A DNA stretch of 64,000 nt from Octopus vulgaris (taxonomy: Eukaryota). The DNA is taken from the NCBI GenBank assembly GCA_951406725.2, contig OX597834.1, positions 19,282,001 to 19,346,000 on the forward strand, written 5' to 3'. Of the stretch, positions 40,751 to 54,137 are shown in pieces; positions within the stretch are counted from its first letter, which is position 1, and the number at the start of each line of letters is the position of its first letter. Below the pieces are notes generated by a model. It saw nothing but the letters and a program-made list of their open reading frames with translations. It was not told the origin of the DNA and made no database searches. The position numbers and the translations under genes were made by a program.

Positions 40751-41754
40751 ATATATATATATATACACACACACGTGTGTATATGTATATGCATGTATGT
40801 GTATGCATATATGTCTGTGTTTGTCCCCCCCCACCACCACCACTTGACAACTTATGCTCGTCTGTCAATGTTGTTGTAAAGTGGTTTGACAAAAAGACAA
40901 ACATAATAAGTATGGGACTTAAAATAATACAAAAATACTGGGGTCAATTTGTTTGAATAGACCCTTGAAAAAGATGGTGAAAGGCCCTGGTACCATCTCA
41001 TCATTTCCCACCCCACATCTGAAAAAAAAAGAGTCGAAATAATTTTTTTTAATCCGTTCAATAACCATTAATAAAATATCTCGACCTTCTAGTTTCAGTA
41101 TTTTGTGGCTTGATAGCAATCTGAGCAAGTGTCTTCTAGTATAACCCTGGGCTGATCAAAGACTTGTGAGTGAATTTGATTGATGGAAACTGTATGGAAG
41201 CTTATTGTCTGTGTGTGTGTGTATATATATCATAGCTTATCTAGTTTGTTTTATTATACGAGTCTTGACATTTGATTTCATTTTTATTTTTGACAACAAT
41301 AAAACAGATAGTTAAATAAATTGATAGAGAGATGTTTTAGTCAGTCGTCCATAATAATGGGATATCAAATTATTTGTATGAATGTATGTATAGATAATTG
41401 TTAAAGAGGAGAACAAACGTTAAGCAAGGCAAATATATATATATATACACACACACGTGTGTATATGCATGTATGTGTATGCATATATGTCTGTGTTTGT
41501 CCCCCCACCACTTGACAACTTATGCTCGTCTGCCAATGTTGTTGTAATCTATTACAACACTTACCTAGGGTACATAATTGTGTAGATCACCTGTGAACTA
41601 AACCTCCATCCTTTGTGTGTGCTTGGTGAGCAGTGGAGCCTGGTCTGGTAGCTGACAATACCAAATTGCTACTGGAGAAGGCATCACAGCCTGTGACATT
41701 TTCAGAAAATTCCTGTTTAAATAAAATAGGAAATAGCACTAAACAGTAATAATA

Positions 41755-42169
41755 ACTCTTACTCTTTTACTCTCTTTTACTTGTTTCGGTCATTTGACTG
41801 CGGCCATGCTGGAGCACCGCCTTTAATCAAGCAACTCGATCCCGGGACTTATTCTTTTGTAAGCCCAGTACTTATTCTATCGGTCTCTTTTGCCGAACCG
41901 CTAAGTAACGGGGACATAAACACACCAGCATCGGTTGACAAGCAATGCTAGGGGGACAAACACAGACACACAAACACACACACGCATATATATATATACA
42001 TATATACGACGGGCTTCTTTCAGTTTCCGTCTACCAAATCCACTCACAAGGCTTTGGTCAGCCCGAGGCTATAGTAGAAGACACTTGCACAAGGTGCCAC
42101 ATAGTGGGACTGAACCCGGAACCACGTGGCTGGTAAACAAGCTACTTACCACACAGCCACTCCTGCGCC
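41755..42169 (-). mobile_element. SINE family A, full length, young
   Basis: Highly similar to the copies at 17198, 53731 and 57373. Confidence 0.93.
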
Positions 42170-42719
42170 TATAAATTGTAAATTTACATAAATTATAAAG
42201 CATTTTTATTCTTTAGTAATAACTGCAAAGAATGTATAAAAGTTTAGAAATGACAAAATGATTTTCTTAACAAATTGAAATGAAAAATGTAAATAATTGA
42301 AAAAAATATGAAAGTAGGAGTAGTGGAGACAGACAGGTTTTACATTAGTTTTCATGTATGAATTGGTCAGTCTTGGATATTTTAGCATTTTTTTTCTTTG
42401 AGATCTACACTGCTGGATACCAGACGCCTCCTACCATTAGTCACTCTATTGGATTAACATTTTTACACTGAACTTCTAATTGACTTACTTGTATTCTTTT
42501 AAATGGTGGTATCCCCATGGAGTAGTTTTCAGTAAATGGTGGTGGTGGTGGTGGGGGGAGGTTTTCATTTCAAAAGGTTTCTTTTACTTCTTCACTTGAA
42601 CATTTATGTGTGTATAAAATGAAAATAATATTGATCCAAAGCACAAAGTACTCAATACATGAATCTGAAATTGATATTGCATTAAACATACATCCATGCA
42701 TGCATACATGCACACACAC

Positions 42720-42755
<36 letters not shown>

Positions 42756-42880
42756 AATATTTTATATATTTATACACAAATATAAATGTACGTTCATATG
42801 TAAATATGTTTTTCTATGTATGCATATGCATGTGGGCATATGTGTGTATGTATATATATATATATTACATACATATCTAA

Positions 42881-42928
<48 letters not shown>

Positions 42929-42929
42929 G

Positions 42930-42965
<36 letters not shown>

Positions 42966-43153
42966 ACTGCATGTGTTTCGTTGGCGTTTTTTTCCCTCCG
43001 TCTTCCCTTCCTTGGATCTTTCCTTTTCCTATGTTTCTGACGAAGAGCTCTGCTCGAAACGTTGAATCCTCCTTCTTTCTTTCCTTTCCTGAGCGTCCAA
43101 TAACACTATACTTGTTCCATGTCTCACGTTGTGTTTTCATGTTTGGATTAACT
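42966..43153 (+). mobile_element. Short PLE-like insert between (TG)n and (TA)n with a minimal hammerhead motif
   Basis: ttt-CTGACGA(43037-43043)-a-gagc-tct-gctc-GAAA(43056-43059)-cgtt-gaa. Confidence 0.6.
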
Positions 43154-43891
43154 ATATATATATATATAATGTATATGCTTTTCTTAAAACTCACAACCCA
43201 CTTTGTCAGCTACTGTACTTCATTCACTGGCATTGTGGTGTTCAAATTCATCCATATGTACTTTTCACTGTTATGAAAACAAAGAGGCACTACAACATTA
43301 TTGAGATTTGTTCCAACATTAACAAGGCTATTACAAACAGATTATGTATTTGACTTCATACTGTAGTTAAGATTATTTAAAACATTTGTGAAATGCATAA
43401 AACTTGAAATACATTTTCATTGATTTTTAATAACACAGTCACAACTGAAAAGCATAAAGAAGTGAACCAGTACTTTCCTAGGGACATTTGGACGTCCCTT
43501 TTTTCTAGAGCATGTTCACTTCTTTAATTAAAGATGATAAGTCCCAAATAAGATGAAGAATCAAATGTATCACTAAGAATATAGTTTCCAAAGCCGTTCT
43601 TTTCTAAGACTAACATCTTCAGTAATAACTTCATGGACATCAAACAATTTCCAGAATCAGATATTTCAGAGAATGTCCACATTCAACATTCAACAAGAGT
43701 AGTTATTGAAATAATCCTGGAATTTCTACAGGTATTGTTAAATATTAGCAATCCTGTTAGTAGTATGTGGAGGTGGTGGAAGGTGTATTTGGTATTTGGG
43801 GCTTTTTTATGTTCTGTGTTCAAATTGTATAAGGACAATGTTTGTTCTTTATTCTCATGAGATCAATTTTATAGAGATGCAGCACGGGTTT

Positions 43892-43942
43892 TTTGTCAGT
43901 GAACAGGTTGCGGTCTTAAAGCGATGAAAATATTTTTACAAA
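43892..43942 (+). ncRNA. Hammerhead-like motif with a G3-C8 core variant
   Basis: tttgtca-GTGAACA-g-gttgc-ggtcttaaa-gcgat-GAAA-ATAT-TT-ttacaaa. Stem I pairs 6/7, stem II has 5 bp with wobbles, stem III is palindromic. Confidence 0.55.
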
Positions 43943-44314
43943 TTAAACTTAAATGTTGAAGGGAATCGAACGGCTTTTGTGTGTTTCTTAAATGGCTTAT
44001 AAACACCTTCCACGCTGCAATTGTTTTCATTTCAGCACACAATCTCAGATCAAATCACTTGCTATGCAAGTACATCTCCGTAAATTTTATAAGTACTCAT
44101 CATATAGTGAAGATATATTCAGCTGAAAGTGTTCCTGCCAGTACCATTGTGCTTTGTGTGACCATAAGAAATCCTTATCCTTCAAGTCATGTCTGAGGAG
44201 ATGGACTAATGAGTACCTGAGTTAAATATTATCAAGTATTTCGCTCAAGGATGGCCAATTTATGGTGCAGTGGATAGAAATAGTGTTTGAACACCTATTT
44301 GTTACTCTTCAATA

Positions 44315-44536
44315 TATGAGTGGATACTGAAAAGTTTCTGGCTTTGGGTAAAAGAAAATACAGGAGGATCAGTTAATTATGACTTTATTCAACATATTCC
44401 CCACCTCAGATTTACACACTTATTGCAACAGTCCTTCGGTTTTTCTAAGCCCTGTAAAAGAACTGAGAAGGTTCAGCCTCCAACCAGGCCTTTTGTGATG
44501 CCCTTAAAACCAGGAACTTTTCAGCACCCTCTTCTA
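44315..44536. mobile_element. Mariner-type MITE
   Basis: TA-flanked imperfect TIRs gagtggatactgaaaagtttctggcttt / aaaaccaggaacttttcagcaccctcttc. Confidence 0.75.
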
Positions 44537-44689
44537 TATGTAGAACTAGTTTGGTCATAAGGTAGAAGCCAGTGCCGATTCACTGCAAATTTCGCTGTCA
44601 ATTTACATTTGCTTCTTCAGAGCTGTGCTTTAGTTTCCCTTTGTGAACATTTACTGGTTTGTATTTTACTCAGCATAGTGAACAAGAAA

Positions 44690-46000
44690 AGCAGCAAGTG
44701 ATAGAAAAGGTAAATTCAATGACTGGTACGAAAATGAGATCTTATTTACAGTGAGTCGTTCAGGAAAGGCTTTGTCCATTGATTGTGAAAATTCTACCAC
44801 ATATAATGATAATAGAAGACAAGATTCTAATTCGCAGTGAAAGCTGAAACTAATGCTTGAGATATGGAAAGAGAGAATACATGCTTAAGGGAAAAAAAGC
44901 AATTAAAAGAAGACACTATATTTGTTAGAGGAAGTTGTGAAAGTTTGTCAATGAAAGTCTCAAACCTATATAATTGCTTCAACATTGATCAAAAACACAA
45001 ACTTTTTTGATGGAAAAAAACTGTTACGTTTTGTGTTGAAACATTTGCAAGATATCATAGTAATAAAAATATCATAAAGAAAATAATACAAAGTGCTCTG
45101 TCAAAGAGAGTAGTTATAGGAGGTCACTGTGAAGAATTCACTTATCTTGTATCTGTGCAACTGGTTTACTGAAAGACGTTTTCCATGCTTGTACTTTGTT
45201 TTCTGTAGCCCTGGAAGAATCTACAAATTATATGTGTTAAGCATTTTTATAAGAGGAAATGATGACAATTTTAGCATCATTGAAAACTTGTCAATCTTGA
45301 GTTGTTTTATGGGAGGCAAAGAGAAACAAACTAGAGGTTGAGACATATTTGGCCAAGTAAAATCGTGTTCGTAAAAGCCACAAGTAAAATTCTGTACAGT
45401 CAGTAGTATTTATATGGATAAAATTCTGTCAATGATTGGTAATGCCTACAACTTGGTTTAGAAACTTTTTATATCATCGACTGCAATATGTACCTAACGT
45501 TGTAATATATTAACAGTCGTAAAATGTATAAATAAAACAACAGCATTACACAGAGAAGAATTCAGTGGCTAATGTGTAATATTAGATTTGAAATATAGCA
45601 ATCTTGTCCTTCGTTGTGGAGTGCACTAGCTTCCTAGAGGATAGAATATAGTTGATAATTTTCTCAAAGAGAAAAGTGAATTGCCTGGAGAAATAGCCAT
45701 TTTGTGATAATATTTGGTTATTGGATTTAGCATTTTTAGTTGCTGTAAACATTTCAGCTACCTAAATTCAAAACTGCAGGGCATGAGCGATTTGTTTACC
45801 AGCTTAGTAAATGATATCAAGAAGAAAATAATAATTGCTTATTTCTCAGTTAATAAATAAAGATTTAAACAAATTTCTGCACTTAATAGAGCTAAGTGAA
45901 AGTTGATGAGAATAATTGCAATTTTATATAAAATATGTTGAAAACAATCTGGTTATTTTGCAAGAGAAAACAATCAAGTTATTTGAAAAATTGTTTTAGC
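44690..46000 (+). pseudogene. Highly decayed hAT (Charlie/SPIN/GTF2IRD2-like) transposase
   Basis: From 45715: WLLDLAFLVAV / HFSYLNSKLQGMSDLFTSLVNDIK, matching the hAT motif WL.DLAFL.D...LN.LN.KLQG. Weaker N-terminal KF.DW..E.LF..GKALC. Boundaries are approximate. Confidence 0.7.
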
Positions 46001-46401
46001 AACTTTACTAAAGAAGACAGCAACTCTCATTTCTAAAGCTATTTCCAGACAGTTGCCCCAAAAATAAGGAAAATGCCTTTTTATATTCATATTGCATTGA
46101 AAATAAGCTATTCATTGAAACTAAGTTCTGAGTTCAAATCCAGTCTAGGTTAACTTTGCTTTTTCTTTTCTTTTTTTTTGGTGGGGTTCATAAAATCAAG
46201 TACTAGTAAAGTACTAGGGTCAATATAATCAACTAATTATTGGTGTTGTGCCTAAATTACAAACGATTATTGAAAATGAAATTTAAGATGTTTCCTCTAC
46301 TGAAAAATGCAATGGAAATGATTGACTTCTTGTGCTTATTATTCTGTGGTTACCAAGCGTATCCCAGTTTTACAATAGTAACACTGCATCATTTTGTGAT
46401 A

Positions 46402-46699
46402 TAGCCTAGTGGTTAGAGCAGCAGACTCGCAGTTGAGGTGTCGCGGGTTTGAATCTCAGACCGGACGATGTGTGTGTTTATGAGTGAAACACCTAAGTTC
46501 CACGCGGCTATGGCAGAAGGTAATGGTGAACTTCTGCTGACTCTTTCGCCACAACTTTCTCTCACTCTTTCCTCCTGCATCTTGGGGCTCACCTGCGATG
46601 GACCAGCGTCCCATCCAGGTGGGGAACCTATATGCCAAGAAACCGGGAAACCAGCCCTTATGAGCCAGGCATGGCTCGAGAAGGAACAAACAACAGCAA
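46402..46699 (+). mobile_element. tRNA-derived SINE family D (head may be tRNA-Arg-like)
   Basis: A box tagcctagtgg, B box ggtttgaatctc, central cctgcgatggaccagcgtcccatccagg motif, (AAC)n-like tail. Confidence 0.8.
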
Positions 46700-48727
46700 T
46701 CTTCCCTCTGTCATTAAACATACTAGTTCTCTTCTTCCTTTCTTTATTTCCTTCCTTCCTTCTTTCTTTCTTTCTTTCTTCATGTCTTTCTCTATTTCTC
46801 TTTCTCTCTCTGTCTCTCTTCCCTCCTCTGTCTGTCTGTCTGTCTGTCTCTCTCTCCCTCCCTCTCTCTCTCCTATTCTTTCCTCTTTGTCTTTTCCCCC
46901 CTGAAACCCATTCTAAGAAGCTTGAATTGATCCACAAAGACACAACTATGTTAGTTTCTCTGATAGACCAAAGATAAAGTACGATCCATTGTGTTAACCC
47001 CATAACATTACTAACCTCATAATTAAAACTAAACTAAAGACATACTTTTTTTTTTTACATCCTTTTCTTATCGTAAATACTTAATCCCAGTCATCTGAAA
47101 CACAAAGAAAGGATTGCAAAAATTCCAAACTAAACCTCTTTCTTTAAAACCATAAAATTAAAGCAAGATATCAGGAAATTAAAGACAAAAAAAATCAAAG
47201 AATTAACTTTTATTCATGTAGACATGTATGTATGTATGTATGTATGTATGTATGTATGTATGTATGTATGTATGTATGTATGTGTGTGTGTGTATCTGTG
47301 TATGTATGTATATATATATATATATATATATACATACATACATACATACATATATATATAAATACCTGTATGTAGATGTATATATGTATGTAAATGTATG
47401 TATGTGCATTTGTGTATGAGCATGTGTGTATATATATGTATATGTATATATGTATGTAAACGTATGTATGTGCATTTGTGTATGAGCGTGTAAGTGTGTA
47501 TATATATATATATATGCATACCTATGTATGCTAACCCAAACACAGACTCTTTTCCTCGTACGCGCTAAAAAGTGCAATCATTCAGACACATTGTGCACAC
47601 CTGTATATATATGATCATGCATTCATATACACATAATTGCAGCACATATGTATGTGTGTGTGTGTGTGAGTGTGTGTGTGTGCATGCAAGAATGAATGTA
47701 TGCATCATCATCATCGTCGTCATAAATATATATAAATATACATTATGTGTGTGTGTGTGTGTGTATGTATATCTGAATTAATTTACAAAGCATAAGAAAC
47801 CTTAGTGAGTGTGTACACATGCACACACACACACACAAACACACACTCACGCACACACATGCATACACACACACACATCTATAGAAACACATTTGCATAC
47901 AGAGCTATATAATCAATTTACAAATCATATTTTGATGTTATTAAATGAAAAACATTCTACATGAAATATTAAAATATAAATCAAATCAAATCAGTCATTT
48001 TGATAATTTCCTTTTATATATATACATATATTATATATTATTATATACATATTATATTATATATATTTATTAATATCATTTATTTTTCTTTTTACCTGAA
48101 AATTTTATGTATGTTATCAATAATCTTTAGAAGTTTGCAATCTTGCTTTCCAACTTATCTGCATTATTTAATATTTTGGTTTTTCTAGGATGAGATGATA
48201 AATCAAAAATGTCGCTGAAATAGTGAATCCTGCTTTGAGTAGTTCGCAGACTCTCTCTCTTCCTCTGTCTGTCTGTCTGTCTCTCTTTCACTCTTTTGGT
48301 CTCTAGCTCTCAGTCACAGAATATAACCTTAACTCATTTATGTCCATATTTCTAACAAGAATAGACTCTGCAATGTGTCTCAATTTGTTTCCAGAATAAT
48401 ATTTATTAAGAATTTGAAAGGTGTTTAAAATTTTTTTTTTTTTTTTTTTTACATTAAACTGTCAACTTTTTAAAAAGATATTTATTGCTCTATAAAGTTG
48501 TTGCATGGAATACGTCTTACAGAAATAAATTTTACAGAAAATTGAGGAAAGTAAGTTTTTACACTTAGAAATTTTATATTATTGTTTGTGTTGTATATCC
48601 TGCTTTTAGAATACATGATATTCCGGGATGCTCTACATGTTTTGTATAGATAGGGAGTTATCTCCCTTGGCAGACATTGTTAACAGTGCATGACAGAAAC
48701 TGGGGCGGGGAGGACATAAATAGTAGC

Positions 48728-49010
48728 ATCGAGTGCCGCCTCGGCTGGCTTCCATGCCGGTGACACGTAAAATGCACCAATCCGACCATGGCCATTGCCA
48801 GCCTTGCCTGGCACCTGTACTGGTGGCACGTAAAAAGCACCCACTACACTCACGGAGTGGTTGGCTTTAGGAAGGGCATCCAGCTGTAGAAACACTGCCA
48901 GATCAGACTGGAGCCTGGTGCAGCCTTCTGGCTTCCCAGATCCCCAATCGAACCGTCCAACCCATGCTAGCATGGAGAACGGACATTAAACGATGATGAT
49001 GATGATGATG
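48728..49010 (+). mobile_element. Retroposon family C 3' end
   Basis: Closely matches 20570-20854. Perfect palindrome ccatgctagcatgg at 48962-48975 and a (GAT)n tail. Confidence 0.9.
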
Positions 49011-50102
49011 TGTTGGAGGAGGAGTTTTTGCTGTGAGTTTCTCTGTGGTACAGAGACATTGAAACGCAATGCTCATTGTGGTATCTCTTTATCTACAAAG
49101 GATATTACTTGGGTGGCAGCCTGGCAGATGTGAACCTGTTCCTACCTTCTGAAAAGGTATTCCTGAGAAGATACATCATGTAATTGATGTATCATGAGAG
49201 GCAACTAAAACAAGTAACATCCATCATTCCTTTGTCGAGAGCCATCATCCACTCATTTATGGTGAGATGGAGGATTTTTCCATTTGATCAACCCAGAATT
49301 ACCAATCATAAACATAAGGACCTGTCTCTTGTGACAGTGCACAGTCTGCCTTTCTGGTCTCTGCTGCTGAAGAGGAGATAACCACTCTGAAATACATGCT
49401 TCTATCAGTCTGGGTAGGGATGCTTTGAAGAGACTTGGTGTGTTTACACCTGTCTGTCAACAGTGAGAAATTCAGTGAATGGCTTTCTTACAGGTTCACC
49501 TATGCCTCAAGCAGATTTGAATTGGTAACAAGTCTGAAGTTATTATTATTAAGGTGGCAGTCTGGCAGAACCATTAGCATGCTTACCGGCACTTCATCTG
49601 TCCTTATGTTCTGAGCTTCAATTTTCTCAAGGTCGACTTTGCCTTTCATTCATTATGGATCAATAGAACAAGTGTCAGTTGAGGCTGATGTTATTAACTT
49701 ACATTTTCCCCAAACTTGCTGCCAAAACTTGAAATTATTTATATTGTTGTTGTTCAGATTCTGTGGAAGTTGACTTCGCCTTTCATCCTTTCGAAGGTCT
49801 ATGAAATAAGAACCAGTCAAGTCCTGGGGTCGCTGTAATCAACTCCCACCAACACCCACCAAATTTCAGGCCTTGTGTCAGTAGCAGAAAGGATTATTAT
49901 TATTATTGTTATTGTAGTTGCAGAGAGATGATAGGCTAAAAGTGGGTTGTTTCATGATGGTTCAATGATCAATATTCATTACAAATTTTGCAGACTCCAA
50001 TGAATAATAATGAACCTTGGAAATGGATGTTTTTTAAGCAAGAGCTTATGATAGAGAAAGTTTTTATTGAAACGTGTGTATGTGTGCATGCATATACATA
50101 CA

Positions 50103-50149
<47 letters not shown>

Positions 50150-51764
50150 TTATATGAATACATGCACACACAAACCTATCTTTCCATCTATCTGTCTGTA
50201 TATATATGTGTGTGTGTGTGTGTGTAAAGGTGTGTGTATACATATACATATATAAGCATACATTTATGTCCTGACATGCATGCACACATACATAAAAATA
50301 TAGATAGATAGTTAAATAGATGAAAAGATAGATAGGTAAATATATATATACATATGTGTGTGTGTATGTGTGTATGTGTATATGTATATATGTATGTATG
50401 TATGTATGTTAGTAAATAATAATAGCATACATACAAATGCGTGTGTATATTATATATATATATATATTATAATAATCATATATTTGAAAGTATGTTATAT
50501 GTATAAATATGTACTTATTTATATATGTAAGAATATGTATATATGTACATGATTATGTTCTATACATAATTATACATACATGTGGACACATTTGCATACA
50601 TATGGGGTATAGTGTATGGTAATCCTGGCACTTTCCCTTCACTCCAAACTCCCATCTCATAGATTTGGCGGTTGGTCCCAGTGGAAGCTTTAACATAAAC
50701 TCAGACTTTTCTTTGGGATTGTATGTCTAGGATTTATTCTTATTTTTAGGGGACTGTTTAGGGACCCAACAATTCGTTGATGCTGATTCTACCTTTATTT
50801 GTTCATATGCATTAGGAAGGGCCTCCAGCTGTAAAAACCCAGCCAAAACAGATGACTAGAATCTGGTGCAGACCTTTGGCTTGCCAGCTCTGAGCTTTTA
50901 TGTGGTTGCCTTTCTTTGCTGGGAATAGCAGCCAAATTTTCTTCAAATCACCTCCTATCAACTTAAAAGGAAATGGACAAACGGGCATAGCTGTAGGTGC
51001 GGGCATGGCTGTGTGGTTAGGGAGCTTGCTTCCTAGCTACATGGTTTCGGGTTCAGTCCCACTGCGTGGCACTTTGGGCAGGAGTCCTCCACTATAGCCC
51101 CGAGTCGACCGAAGCTTTGTGATTGAATTTGGTAGGTGGAAGTTACTGCCGTGTGTGTATATGTGCGTGTAGATACTCAGTGCCTCTCTGAAAGAGAGAG
51201 AGAGTAAAGTAAAAGATGGGATGGCTATTGATGGAATACCTTTGATCACTGGTCTGCTCAGTCAGAATTGACAATGTTGTTGAACAAGAACAACATAATT
51301 AATACATGAGCTAAAGAAGGGGTGGGTGTTTACATAATCACTGAACCGGCTAGAAATAGAAGTTAGATCTCCTTTATGTGCATGGTAAGAAGCTTGCATT
51401 CAAGCCACATGGACCTGGACTCAGTTCCACTGTGTGGAACCTCAGACCAACCAAAAACTTGTAAGGGGATTTGGTAGACAGAAACTGTTGTGTGTGTGTG
51501 TGGGTGTGTGTGTGTGTGTGTGTGTGTGTGCATGCATGTATGTCATTGTGTCTGTGTTTCTCTCCCACCACCACTTGACAGCTGGTGTTGGTATGCTTAC
51601 ATACCAGTTACTTAGCAGTTCAGCAAAAGTGATCGATAAAATAAGAACCAGGGTTTAAAAAAAAATACCATCCCTCTCTCTGTCCCTTCTCTTTCTGTCT
51701 GTCCCTTCTCTTTCTGTCTGTCCCTTCTCTTTCTGTCTGTCCCTTCTCTCCCTCTCTCTCTGTC

Positions 51765-51801
<37 letters not shown>

Positions 51802-53730
51802 TCTCTCTTTCTATGGGGGAGAAAAACTTGTAGAAAGATAAACAAATTGGTAAGTAAAAATATATAACAAAAATACAAGTAGGCATTCACACACACATAC
51901 ACACACATACACACACACACGCACACACAAACACACACACACGGACACACAAACACACACACACACACACACACACACTATGAGAGAAAAGAAGTGAGTT
52001 GAAGGATAGATGAACTAATAAGAAAAAAACATATCAGAGCTGAAAACTGTAGAAACTTTCAATCTTATGGTAATTGTGTCTCTGATATGCATTTAGACAC
52101 ACCTGTGTACACTCAACACGTACACACACACACACACACACATGTATGCAGGCACTCAGGTACATATATAGATATATGTACACACACACAAACTCATAAG
52201 CATTCATTACATATGCATCAAAGATGCAGATGAACATACACATACACACACACACATACACACACACATACACATACACACACACACTCAGGTACATATA
52301 TAGATATATGTACACACACACACACACAAACTCATAAGCATTCATTACATATGCATCAAAGATGCAGATGAACACACACACACACACACACATACACACA
52401 CACATACACACACACATACATATACACACACACACACAAACTCAGAAGCATTCATTACATATGCATCAAACATGTGGATGAACACACACACACACACATA
52501 CACACACATGCACACACATGCACATGTACATACAGATTGGTATGTATGCAGTTACTCATACATACACACGCATATGCACATGCACAATCGCATGCTCACA
52601 CCCATTTCACTTAAGCCAAACATACACATTTACACACATAAACACTCACCAGAAACACACCAAATCTATGCATGGTCTCTCTCTCTCTCTCACACACATA
52701 CACACACACACATTCATGGATGAACACACAGAAACACATATGTTGATACATAGATACAGACAAGTGCATACCAACATAGACACACATACATACACACACA
52801 CAAAGACACGCACACACATACATACATACATACATACATACATACATACATACATGCAAATATGTACACACATACACACAAGCATAGATTCATAGAGACA
52901 AGCACATATACAGACATGTGTACACTCACACACATACACACATACATATGTACATACAGACAAACACAGACACTTGCTCATGTGTGTGCTCACACAGACA
53001 CACACACACTTGCAAAGATAAACAAATAAGGAAATAGAAAAACAAAAAACCTGAGCATTTTGTCACTTATCAAATCAGTAGCCCCTTTTCAGCTGATGTC
53101 ATTATTGTTTTTGAAGTGACAGACTCTATAATGGTCAAAGAATGGAGCTGATAGAAAATATCACAATAGTTTCTTTTGTTGGGATTGTTCCACCAGAGAT
53201 TTAATGTGAAATTATGTGTTCAAACTATAGCAATTACTTTGAAGTGACGTCATATGGCTTATTCAAAAACCTATACACTGTCTTATCTACCTTGTTTTTT
53301 TTTTCACATTGTTCTGTTTTAATTTTATTAAAGAGAAAAATAAAATTGTAGGCATAGGCATGGTTGTCCGGTCAAGATCTGTGCTTGCAAATTTCTGTAT
53401 GGCATCTTGGGTAAGTGTCTTCTACTATAGCTTTGAGCTGACCAAAGCTTTATGAGTGAACTTGGAAAGTGAAACTGAAAGTAGACCATCATGTGTGATA
53501 GTTGTAAATGAGTGTTACTGTCACACAATAGCTGCTGTATCATTTATATAATAGAAGCATGGCCTCTCGGGGGGGGGGGGGAGGAGATACTACGTTATTT
53601 GGAAACTGGTGAGGGTTGGTGACATGGAGAGCATCCATTCATAGAAAGATCTGCTCCAATGAATTCCATTTGACTCATGCAAGAAAGGAAAAGTAAACAT
53701 TAAGCAATCATGATGAATGAAGAATACATA

Positions 53731-54137
53731 GGCGCAGGAGTGGCTGTGTGGTAAGTAGCTTGCTAACCAACCACATGGTTCCGGGTTCAGTCCCACTGCG
53801 TGGCATCTTGGGCAAGTGTCTTCTGCTATAGCCCCAGGCCGACCAATCCCTTGTGAGTGGATTTGGTAGACGGAAACTGAAAGAAGCCTGTCGTATATAT
53901 GCATATATATATGTGTGTGTGTGTATGTGTTTGTGTGTCTGTGTTTGTCTCCCTAGCATTGCTTGACAACCGATGCTGGTGTGTTTACGTCCCCATTACT
54001 TAGCAGTTTGGCAAAAGAGACCGATAGAATAAGTACTGGGCTTACAAAGACAAAAAGTCCCGGGGTCGATTTGCTCAACTAAAGGTGGTGCCCAGCATGG
54101 CCGCAGTCAAATGACTAAAACAAGTAAAAGAGAAAGA
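53731..54137 (+). mobile_element. SINE family A, full length
   Basis: ggcgcaggagtggctgtgtgg...caagtaaaagag. Confidence 0.93.

Noticed and set aside
49050-49500. Coding-like composition suggesting an old LINE fragment
   Set aside because: No convincing motif recovered by manual translation.
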